56,245 bases of DNA, taken from assembly GCA_003559495.1 (NCBI GenBank), contig PWLE01000009.1:1-56245 (forward strand), read 5' to 3'. Position numbers and translations under genes: made by a program. This stretch comes from Mollicutes bacterium. Its GTDB lineage: Bacteria > Bacillota_I > Bacilli_A > RF39 > UBA660. Of the stretch, positions 36,115 through 44,353 are shown one piece after another; positions within the stretch are counted from its first letter, which is position 1, and every line of letters begins with the position of its first letter. Under the pieces are notes generated by a model that saw only the letters and a list, made by a program, of their open reading frames with translations, did not search any database and was not told the DNA's origin.

Positions 36115-38919
36115 TTAAATTAATTTTTTTAAAAATTCTCCGGTATAACTCTTCCTACATTGTATCACTTCTTCTGGGGTTCCACAAACAATTACTTTAC
36201 CACCACCATCGCCCCCTTCTGGTCCTAAATCAATAATATAGTCAGCTACTTTAATAACATCCAAATTGTGTTCAATTACTACTACCGTATCACCATGATC
36301 AACAATACGATTTAAGATTTTAAGCAGTTTTTTAATATCTTCAGAATGAAGGCCGGTTGTTGGTTCATCTAAAATAAATAAAGTTTTTCCGGTTGGCTTT
36401 TTTTGCAACTCTTTTGCTAGTTTAATGCGCCCCGCTTCGCCACCAGATAAAGTTGGCGCACTTTGTCCTAATTTTATATACGAAAGACCAACATCCATTA
36501 ACATTTGTAGTTTATTTTTAATTTTTGGGATATTAGCAAAAAACACAATTGCTTCTTCAACGCGCATTTCTAATACCTGATAAATATTTTTATTTTTATA
36601 TTTTATTTCTAATGTTTCTTTATTATAACGTGTTCCATGACAAACTTCACAAGGAACAAAAACATCGGGCAGGAAATGCATGGCGATTTTTTTTACCCCA
36701 TCACCTTGACAAACTTCACATCGCCCCCCTTTAACATTAAAAGAGAATCGCCCTTTTTGATATCCTCTTTGCTTTGCTTCTTTAGTTAATGCAAAAACAG
36801 CACGAATCTCATCAAAAACGCCCGTATAAGTTGCTGGATTACTGCGTGGTGTTCTCCCAATTGGGTCTTGCGTTATAGCAATTACTTTATCAACCAATTC
36901 TATACCATCAATTGATTTAAATTTTCCTGGTCTTTCTTTTGTTTTATAAAGATTGGCTGCTACTCCTTTATAAAGAATTTGATTTATTAAACTGCTTTTG
37001 CCACTACCACTAACGCCCGTAACTAAAATTAGTTTTCCGAGAGGGAATTTAACATTTATGTTTTTTAAATTATTTTCGGCGGCACCTTTTATTTCTAAAA
37101 ACAAGCTGTTGCCAAAACGTCTTTTTTTGGGCACTGTTATTTGCTCTTTGCCACTTAAATATTTTCCTGTTAAACTTTTAGTATTTTTTTGTACTTGATT
37201 AGGGGTTCCTTGGGCAACAATTTCACCACCATGATCGCCTGCTCCTGGACCGATATCGATTAAATAATCACTTGATAACATTGTTTCTATATCATGTTCA
37301 ATAACAATCAAGCTATTGCCCAAATCACGCATTTTTTGCAATGAATTTATTAATCTTTTATTATCACGTTGATGAAGTCCAATACTTGGCTCATCCAAAA
37401 CATATAACACCCCACTTAATTGCGAACCAATTTGCGTTGCTAAACGGATTCTTTGTGATTCGCCACCACTTAAAGTTGCCGCACTACGAGCAAGTGTTAA
37501 ATAGTCTAAACCAACATTAATTAAAAATGAAAGGCGATCATTTATTTCTTTAATAATTAATTTTGATATTGCTTGTTCTTCTTTATTTAATTTTAAGGTG
37601 TTAAAAAAATTTTTTATTTCCAAAATACTTAAATTTGTAAGCTCATAAATATTTTTTTTATTAACAAACACCGATAAAACAGATTCATTTAATCTGGCGC
37701 CATGACAAGTTGAACAAACATATTCGCGCATATATTGTTCAATCCAATCACGAATCCAATTGCTTTTTGTTTCAATATACCTTCTTTGTAAATGATTTAT
37801 AATTCCTTCATAATAATTATTTGAATAGTGAAGGTTGCCAGATTTAGATTGATATTTTAATTTTAATTTATCTTTTGAACCATAAAAAATAATATCTGTT
37901 TCACTCTTAGTTAATTTTTTAAAAGGTTTATCGATGTCAATATTATAATATTCAGCAGCAGCATATAACCCCGTAAAAAAACTATTGTTATTATTACTTA
38001 ATGCAACAATAGCACCCTCATTAATGCTTAATTCTTTGTTGGGCACAATTAAATCAGGATCAATTGTTAATTTTACCCCTAATCCATTACACTCTTCACA
38101 AGCTCCGTAAGGCGAATTAAAAGAGAAAAGATTTGGTTGCAGTTTTGCCATGGAAAAATCACAATAAGGACAGGCATATGCTTCACTCATGACAATATCT
38201 GAGGCGCCAACTACTTTAATAAGCACTTTACCATCTGCTAATTTAGCGGCTGTTTCTATTGAATCATGTAACCTACTATAAATTTCTTCTTTAATAATTA
38301 AGCGATCAACAATAACACTAATATTGTGTTTTTTATTTTTTTCTAACGCTGGTGCTTCATCAATTTCATATTCATCATTATTAATAACTAAACGAACGTA
38401 TCCTTCTTTTTTTAGTTTTGCCAATAATTCTTTATGCGTCCCCTTACTAGCATTTATAATGGGTGCTAAAACTTTTATTTTAGTTTCATTTTTTAACTTC
38501 AAAATTTGTTCACTCATTTGTTCAATACTTTGTGAACAAATAGGAATCCGATGAGTCGGACAGTAAGGAATGCCAATTCTAGCATACAAAAGACGCAAAT
38601 AATCATATATTTCAGTAATTGTGCCAACTGTACTTCGAGGATTTTTGCTAGTTTTTTTTTGATCAATACTAATTGCTGGGGATAATCCTTCAATACTATC
38701 GACATCGGGTTTTTCCATACCACCTAAAAATTGTCGAGCATAAGCACTTAAACTTTCAATATAACGTCTTTGTCCTTCCGCATAAATAGTATCAAATGCT
38801 AAACTACTTTTGCCACTACCACTAACGCCGGTCATAACAATAAATTTGTTTTTTGGTAATTCAATATCAATATTTTTTAAATTATGCTCTCGCGCACCTT
38901 TTATTATTATTTTATCCAT
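36115..38919 (-). CDS. uvrA: Excinuclease ABC subunit A
   Basis: Two ABC modules (GVSGSGKSSLAFDT / GVSGSGKSSLIN), zinc-finger cysteines, LSGGE signatures. Confidence 0.97.
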   Translation of the reverse strand: MDKIIIKGAREHNLKNIDIELPKNKFIVMTGVSGSGKSSLAFDTIYAEGQRRYIESLSAYARQFLGGMEKPDVDSIEGLSPAISIDQKKTSKNPRSTVGTITEIYDYLRLLYARIGIPYCPTHRIPICSQSIEQMSEQILKLKNETKIKVLAPIINASKGTHKELLAKLKKEGYVRLVINNDEYEIDEAPALEKNKKHNISVIVDRLIIKEEIYSRLHDSIETAAKLADGKVLIKVVGASDIVMSEAYACPYCDFSMAKLQPNLFSFNSPYGACEECNGLGVKLTIDPDLIVPNKELSINEGAIVALSNNNNSFFTGLYAAAEYYNIDIDKPFKKLTKSETDIIFYGSKDKLKLKYQSKSGNLHYSNNYYEGIINHLQRRYIETKSNWIRDWIEQYMREYVCSTCHGARLNESVLSVFVNKKNIYELTNLSILEIKNFFNTLKLNKEEQAISKLIIKEINDRLSFLINVGLDYLTLARSAATLSGGESQRIRLATQIGSQLSGVLYVLDEPSIGLHQRDNKRLINSLQKMRDLGNSLIVIEHDIETMLSSDYLIDIGPGAGDHGGEIVAQGTPNQVQKNTKSLTGKYLSGKEQITVPKKRRFGNSLFLEIKGAAENNLKNINVKFPLGKLILVTGVSGSGKSSLINQILYKGVAANLYKTKERPGKFKSIDGIELVDKVIAITQDPIGRTPRSNPATYTGVFDEIRAVFALTKEAKQRGYQKGRFSFNVKGGRCEVCQGDGVKKIAMHFLPDVFVPCEVCHGTRYNKETLEIKYKNKNIYQVLEMRVEEAIVFFANIPKIKNKLQMLMDVGLSYIKLGQSAPTLSGGEAGRIKLAKELQKKPTGKTLFILDEPTTGLHSEDIKKLLKILNRIVDHGDTVVVIEHNLDVIKVADYIIDLGPEGGDGGGKVIVCGTPEEVIQCRKSYTGEFLKKLI

Positions 38920-38957
38920 AAGTCACCTTCTCTAAATTACTTTTTTTTCACTTCAAT

Positions 38958-38966
38958 ATTATATCA
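38958..38966 (-). promoter_or_regulatory. Extended -10 element TGATATAAT upstream of uvrA
   Basis: Plus-strand attatatca, about 40 nt upstream of the uvrA ATG. Confidence 0.5.
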
Positions 38967-39050
38967 CAAGATTAAAAAAAGAGCATTCACTCTTATTTTA
39001 ATAATTTATTTTTGTTTTATAATTTTAACCCTGTCTCACACTTTATCAAA

Positions 39051-39557
39051 TTAATAAGCACTCAAATCTTCATGAAAACACTCTTTAGCTAATACTTCAA
39101 TCTTTATTTCATTTTCTTCAAAACCTTTTGTAGCACACCAATAATTATCTGTAATGGCAAATGCAATATGGCCTGTTCTTTTTAAAACCGCTTTTCCATC
39201 TCCTGGGATGTGATATTCATCTATTTCATTCTCATTCATGTTCTGTCCCTCTTTAAAAACATAAACTACATCCTCATCAAAACTTTTATCAAGAAAAAGA
39301 ATATAATATTCACTATTTAGTATTATTTCAAATTGCCTAATCTCATTACGGAAAGCTTCTTTACGAGCTTCATTAAAAAAGCCTTCCCCGGTTCTAGTCT
39401 CTTCATCATTCTCTTCTTTAGAATCATTAACTCGTTCTTCGATTGATTCCGAAAAATCCTTTTCAAAATCTTCTAAAAAAACATTTTGATAATAAAGCCA
39501 TAATACAACTAAAATTACAAGTGCAAATAATATTCCTATTTTTTCCATTATTATCAC
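39051..39557 (-). CDS. Hypothetical membrane-anchored acidic protein
   Basis: N-terminal TM (IGILFALVILVVLWLY), then an acidic soluble domain; no known motif. Confidence 0.5.
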   Translation of the reverse strand: MIIMEKIGILFALVILVVLWLYYQNVFLEDFEKDFSESIEERVNDSKEENDEETRTGEGFFNEARKEAFRNEIRQFEIILNSEYYILFLDKSFDEDVVYVFKEGQNMNENEIDEYHIPGDGKAVLKRTGHIAFAITDNYWCATKGFEENEIKIEVLAKECFHEDLSAY

Positions 39558-39615
39558 CTACTATAATTTTATCACATAAAACATTTTTTCAAAAATTAAA
39601 ATAAAAAATCTTTTT

Positions 39616-40320
39616 TTAACGAATTCTTTTTGCTTGGACAACAAAACGCATTCCCTCAACACCATGAACACAAGTTGATAAAGTTAAAATTTGATCATCT
39701 TTGGTAATATTAACAGTACGATTAAATTTTGATCTTTTTTGAAACTGTTCCACCGTTGATAAAAAAGATTCATCACTACTAAAATCAATTACAATATAAT
39801 GAAAATTAGTACTTGTTTCATAAGCAGCAAATATTTGCCATTCTTGCTCTTCATATAAAGTTGTTAAATATATTTTTTCATTATTTTCAAAAAAGTCTTG
39901 TTTTTTAAATTTATTTAACTCCGTAAACATAATACCTAATCGTGATTGATGACCATAAATAATTGTATGACGATCACTAACATCACTTTTATTTCGATAA
40001 TCCATAAAAATAGCACCGCGAATTTCCGGTTCGCGTTTAAAATCATGATCTAAATAAAAAACATTATCATTACCTTTAACAATTGGATAATCAATATTAG
40101 TATTTGGAACTTTAATCCAACCAACTATTTCAGAATTAATTTCTAGTAACTCTTCAAACTGATTTAAGATAGTCTTTTCTGTCTCATTTGAATTTTCTTC
40201 AATATTATCATAATATTTTTTTCTAATTTTTTCATTACTATCTTCCATAAAAAAGAAAAACCAAAAAAAACCAACTACCAACAGAAAAAAAATACTTATA
40301 ACAAAACCCTTTTTTGTCAT
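39616..40320 (-). CDS. srtB: Class B-type sortase
   Basis: N-terminal TM, VGWIKVPNTNIDYPIVKGNDNVFYLDHD, IIYGH, TLSTC, R near the C-terminus. Confidence 0.85.
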   Translation of the reverse strand: MTKKGFVISIFFLLVVGFFWFFFFMEDSNEKIRKKYYDNIEENSNETEKTILNQFEELLEINSEIVGWIKVPNTNIDYPIVKGNDNVFYLDHDFKREPEIRGAIFMDYRNKSDVSDRHTIIYGHQSRLGIMFTELNKFKKQDFFENNEKIYLTTLYEEQEWQIFAAYETSTNFHYIVIDFSSDESFLSTVEQFQKRSKFNRTVNITKDDQILTLSTCVHGVEGMRFVVQAKRIR

Positions 40321-40335
40321 TTTATCACCATTAAT

Positions 40336-40344
40336 ATTATATCA
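40336..40344 (-). promoter_or_regulatory. Extended -10 element TGATATAAT upstream of the sortase gene
   Basis: Plus-strand attatatca, 16 nt upstream of the ATG; preceded by the terminator AGAGC-attac-GCTCT of the surface-protein gene. Confidence 0.5.
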
Positions 40345-40362
40345 CATTAAAAAAAAAGAGCA

Positions 40363-41979
40363 TTACGCTCTTAATTTTTTTCTAATTAAATAGGCACTAC
40401 CAGCTAACATTACTCCGACTATAAGCAACCATGTAAAATTTTCTTGAACGCCAGTTTCGGGAATTTCTTCCGTGTCACCTAATAATCTTATTTCATAATC
40501 AGTAAAATGGTTTACAGGAATATACAAAATATCATATTCATCATCATAAACTATACCACTAAGATCAAGATAATCACTTAAATCTTCCACTAACGTGCCA
40601 CCATCATAAACATAAATATCAATGAAATCTAAAATATTGTCTTCAGTGATTCCTTCTGCTCCTAATAATGCCATTGCATTATCAAATTGAATTGTTGCAC
40701 CAACACCGGCTAAAAATGTTAAAACTTCAGTATTTACTGATGCCCGCAGGCGATTATTTTCAGCATCATACTCAATATTAAACTCTGTTGCCAAATGTTC
40801 TAATTCAGGCCCGTGGCCTAGAATGTTTAAACCTGGTGCAAAAGTAATCGAACCAATTCCTGCTTTACCAAAAGTAGCTGGTTCAGTAGTTTCATATAAA
40901 TTACCAAGGTTTAATAAATCCGGGAAAGTAACACCTAAGGTTTCTTCTAATAATGCCGCTACATCTTCCATGCCAACAAAAATATACTTAGAATCTGGTC
41001 CACCATCACCTTCTAAAAAAGGTTTATGACCAATTATTACATCTGGTACATTTGGATTTGAATCAGTTACAATCAAGACAAAATACACTTCGCCTGGTGG
41101 TTCAACACCTTCCTTAACTGTCCCAGTAAATTCTAACTCGCCATTACTAGGCTGTCCAACAACCTTACACCATACATCCATATCACCAAACTGATCTTGC
41201 TGCAATCCTTCTACTAAATTACGTTGAAAACAAATCGTAGCATCATCACCATAATTACCATTAGGATCAGAAGTATTCCCATATCCAGCTCCTGTTGATA
41301 AAGTCGCCTCATCGCCAGTTTCCGGATACCACGAATAATAAAGATCAATGGCAGCATCATGATTTGTTGGTAAATTTTCAAAAGTAACTTTTATTTCATC
41401 GCCTGCTACATAAACATAATCTTCTCGTGGTGGTTCTTCATCAAAAACTTGTGTTTCATAAATAACTTCAAACTCAACCTCTTTTTCACACCACAATTCT
41501 TCAACACCATGTTCCGGACTTTCGCGATGAACATTAAATCCTAATTTTATTTGTCTTTCGCCAAAATAAAAACCAAAAGGTGTGCCGGGCGAACCAGTAC
41601 TAACCGAAAACATAGCTGTTTTTTGATTTGGATTTAATGTCAGTGGTTCTTGCGTATCATAGTAAAAAGTAAACAATGATTCGCTCCCTTGCCATGGATT
41701 GACATTCCAATCTGTTGTCGCACCTTTCATGCCAAGATGCATATGATAATTTGTATTATCTGTTGCACCCCAAACATCAACCGTATATGCATCAACTGTA
41801 TACTCTAATGCTAAGGTAACCTCCTGACCTTGCCAAATTCTTTCATAACGAACACCTAATTCAAAATCATCACAACTCAACTCAGGTGGTGGTGGTGAGA
41901 AAGCTACCACCCCTTGGCCCAAAAAGCCAATGCCAAGAAATAATAAAAATGCTATTGTAATAGATAATATTTTTTTCAT
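40363..41979 (-). CDS. Acidic cell-surface protein with signal peptide and C-terminal IPETG sorting signal
   Basis: MKKILSITIAFLLFLG.. signal; C-terminus EEIPETG + hydrophobic TWLLIVGVMLAGSAYLI + RKKLRA; SD AAGGAGGA. Confidence 0.75.
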   Translation of the reverse strand: MKKILSITIAFLLFLGIGFLGQGVVAFSPPPPELSCDDFELGVRYERIWQGQEVTLALEYTVDAYTVDVWGATDNTNYHMHLGMKGATTDWNVNPWQGSESLFTFYYDTQEPLTLNPNQKTAMFSVSTGSPGTPFGFYFGERQIKLGFNVHRESPEHGVEELWCEKEVEFEVIYETQVFDEEPPREDYVYVAGDEIKVTFENLPTNHDAAIDLYYSWYPETGDEATLSTGAGYGNTSDPNGNYGDDATICFQRNLVEGLQQDQFGDMDVWCKVVGQPSNGELEFTGTVKEGVEPPGEVYFVLIVTDSNPNVPDVIIGHKPFLEGDGGPDSKYIFVGMEDVAALLEETLGVTFPDLLNLGNLYETTEPATFGKAGIGSITFAPGLNILGHGPELEHLATEFNIEYDAENNRLRASVNTEVLTFLAGVGATIQFDNAMALLGAEGITEDNILDFIDIYVYDGGTLVEDLSDYLDLSGIVYDDEYDILYIPVNHFTDYEIRLLGDTEEIPETGVQENFTWLLIVGVMLAGSAYLIRKKLRA

Positions 41980-42008
41980 ATATCCTCCTTTTTAATATTA
42001 CTACCATT

Positions 42009-42017
42009 ATTATATCA
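42009..42017 (-). promoter_or_regulatory. Extended -10 element TGATATAAT upstream of the surface-protein gene
   Basis: Plus-strand attatatca, 30 nt upstream of the ATG. Confidence 0.5.
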
Positions 42018-42064
42018 TAACTTTTAAAAAAAACAAGAAACCATTTTATTTTTTGTTTTTTTTA

Positions 42065-42073
42065 TGATACAAT
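42065..42073 (+). promoter_or_regulatory. pyrG promoter, extended -10 TGATACAAT
   Basis: TG at 42065..42066, TACAAT at 42068..42073. Confidence 0.5.
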
Positions 42074-42082
42074 GATAAAGAG

Positions 42083-42113
42083 CCTGGAGTTCTCTCTCTA
42101 GGATTTTCTTTTG
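42083..42113 (+). terminator. Attenuator-like hairpin in the pyrG leader
   Basis: CCTGGAG-ttctct-CTCTAGG followed by ATTTTCTTTTG, immediately before the SD GAGGAGG. Confidence 0.4.
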
Positions 42114-42126
42114 TGAGGAGGATATT

Positions 42127-43722
42127 ATGACGAAATATGTTTTTGTAACGGGGGGCGTTGTTTCTGGTCTTGGCAAGGGGATTACTTCAGCATCCATCGC
42201 ACTTTTATTAAAAGCACGCGGGTATAAGGTTTTTATGCAAAAATTTGATCCTTATATTAATGTTGATCCGGGCACTATGTCGCCTTATCAACATGGGGAA
42301 GTATTTGTGACTGCTGATGGTGCGGAGACCGATTTAGATCTTGGACATTATGAGCGTTTTATCGATGAAGAATTAAACTATTCTTCTAGTGTTAGCATGG
42401 GAAAAATATACGCCCGGGTTTTAGATAATGAAAGACGTGGTGATTATTTAGGCGGCACTGTTCAAATTGTTCCCCATGTTACTAATGAAATAAAAAAAAG
42501 CATTTATGAAAGTTCTTATTCATCACACGCTGATATTATTATTACAGAAATTGGTGGCACGGTTGGTGATATTGAAGGAGCAGCAATTTTAGAATCATTA
42601 CGCCAAATTCGATATGAATTAGGCATTAAAAACACCCTTTTTGTTCATACTACTTTAATTCCTTTTCTATTTGGTTCTAATGAACTAAAAACCAAACCAA
42701 CACAACAAAGCATTATTGAATTAAGAAGAATTGGCATTCAGCCAGATATTATTGTCGCCCGAGCAAATAATTGTTTAAGCGATGAATTAAAATCTAAATT
42801 ATCATTATTTTCAAGTATCGCAAAAGAAAATATAATTGATGCTATTGACACTAATAATATATATCAAATTCCAATCAATTTTCATAAGCAAAAAATAGAT
42901 GAAATTATTATTGATCATTTCGGGATTGCCAAAAAAAGAATCAATCTTAAAAACTGGCATAAACTAATTAACAAAGTAGAAAATTTAAATGAAAAAGCAA
43001 TTGAAATTGCTATTGTTGGCAAATACACTAGTTTGCAAGATGCTTATTTATCAGTTGCCGAAGCCATTAAACATGCTGGATATGAGGAATCAAAAAATAT
43101 AAACATTAATTGGATTGATTCAGAAAATCTGGAAAAAAAAGATTTAAAAAAAGTTTTTAAAAATATTGATGGTATTGTTATCCCAGGTGGTTTTGGCAGC
43201 CGTGGCATTGAAGGAAAAATTAAAACTATTCAATATGCTAGAGAAAACAATATTCCTTTTCTAGGATTATGTCTTGGCATGCAACTGGCAACCATTGAAT
43301 TCGCCCGCCATGTTTGTGGTCTGAAGGATGCTAATTCATGTGAATTTGATGATTCTTCTGCTAACTTAATTATTGATATTATGGAAGAACAAAAAAGCAT
43401 TATCAATTTAGGGGGCACGATGAGGTTAGGAAACTACGATTGTGAAATTAAAAACAACACCCTCGCCCATAAATTATACAAAAAAAGAAATATTAAAGAA
43501 CGCCACCGCCACCGTTATGAATTTAATGACAAATATCGTTCTTTACTTGAAAAACACGGCATCGTTTTTTCAGGAATTAATAAAATTTCTAATCTAGTTG
43601 AAATTATCGAATATAAAAATCATCCCTTCTTTATTGCTTGTCAATTTCATCCTGAATTTAAAAGCCGTCCTATTCGCTCCCATCCATTATTCAAAGGATT
43701 AATACGAGCATGCAAAAAGTAG
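42127..43722 (+). CDS. pyrG: CTP synthase
   Basis: YVFVTGGVVSGLGKG, glutaminase domain GLCLGMQ, HRHRYE. Confidence 0.97.
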   Translation: MTKYVFVTGGVVSGLGKGITSASIALLLKARGYKVFMQKFDPYINVDPGTMSPYQHGEVFVTADGAETDLDLGHYERFIDEELNYSSSVSMGKIYARVLDNERRGDYLGGTVQIVPHVTNEIKKSIYESSYSSHADIIITEIGGTVGDIEGAAILESLRQIRYELGIKNTLFVHTTLIPFLFGSNELKTKPTQQSIIELRRIGIQPDIIVARANNCLSDELKSKLSLFSSIAKENIIDAIDTNNIYQIPINFHKQKIDEIIIDHFGIAKKRINLKNWHKLINKVENLNEKAIEIAIVGKYTSLQDAYLSVAEAIKHAGYEESKNININWIDSENLEKKDLKKVFKNIDGIVIPGGFGSRGIEGKIKTIQYARENNIPFLGLCLGMQLATIEFARHVCGLKDANSCEFDDSSANLIIDIMEEQKSIINLGGTMRLGNYDCEIKNNTLAHKLYKKRNIKERHRHRYEFNDKYRSLLEKHGIVFSGINKISNLVEIIEYKNHPFFIACQFHPEFKSRPIRSHPLFKGLIRACKK

Positions 43723-43741
43723 TTTTATAACTACTTTTTTT
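43717..43741 (+). terminator. pyrG intrinsic terminator (stem contains the TAG stop)
   Basis: AAGTAGTT-ttat-AACTACTT + T-run. Confidence 0.6.
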
Positions 43742-43759
43742 AATACTAATAATAAATAT

Positions 43760-44353
43760 CTAATTTGTTAAATAAGTTTCCATCCATACAACATCAAAAC
43801 GGTCATTATTAATAATTATTTCAACTTCTAATTCTTTTTTATATTCTGTTGCCAGGTCATAATGTAATGTACCTGTGAAAAGATAAGATTTGAATTCCTC
43901 TTCGACATCATTAACCAAAAAAGAACTTTCTTCTATATTATAAATTTCCACTTCCTCAACAATTGGCAATTTTTCGCGTCGTGACATAAAAATTTTGCTT
44001 TCCACTCTTTCATAAACACTTTCCCGTGCTAATTGAATAAAACTTTCTTGAAAAGGCTCATAAACAAATTGAACACCACGAACATCACTATTACTTTCAG
44101 CAAAATCTAGCGAATAAAACTTAGCAACAAACAATTTAAAAATTAAGCTTGCTAATTCTTCTTCTTCTAATTCATCATCCAGTTGAAAAAACAATTCTTG
44201 TTCATATTCACTCGTGTTTGAATACAAAACATAATCGCGCCATTGGGCGGTTTGTTCATCCTTCCTCTCCCTACTAGCAACCAAAGTGAAAATTACTATC
44301 ACTCCCACTACAAATGCCACAGCTAATAATATTAACATCAAATCCTTTTTCAT
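43760..44353 (-). CDS. Hypothetical membrane-anchored acidic protein, translationally coupled to ltaS
   Basis: N-terminal TM; ATGA overlap with the upstream LtaS-family gene; no known motif. Confidence 0.5.
   Translation of the reverse strand: MKKDLMLILLAVAFVVGVIVIFTLVASRERKDEQTAQWRDYVLYSNTSEYEQELFFQLDDELEEEELASLIFKLFVAKFYSLDFAESNSDVRGVQFVYEPFQESFIQLARESVYERVESKIFMSRREKLPIVEEVEIYNIEESSFLVNDVEEEFKSYLFTGTLHYDLATEYKKELEVEIIINNDRFDVVWMETYLTN

Noticed and set aside
38920-39050. Search for a Bacillus-type SOS box (GAAC-N4-GTTC) upstream of uvrA
   Set aside because: No such motif, nor the recX-type AAAC-N4-GTTT palindrome, is present in the uvrA upstream region.
38951-40375. Two intergenic regions sharing AATATTATATCACA...AAAAAAAGAGCATT..CTCTTA (about 38951..39000 and about 40330..40375), first suspected to be a REP/MITE-like repeat
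   Set aside because: The shared parts decompose into a generic extended -10 promoter (TGTGATATAAT) and a short A-run / GAGC hairpin terminator. There are no inverted terminal repeats or target duplications, and the similarity ends outside those signals.
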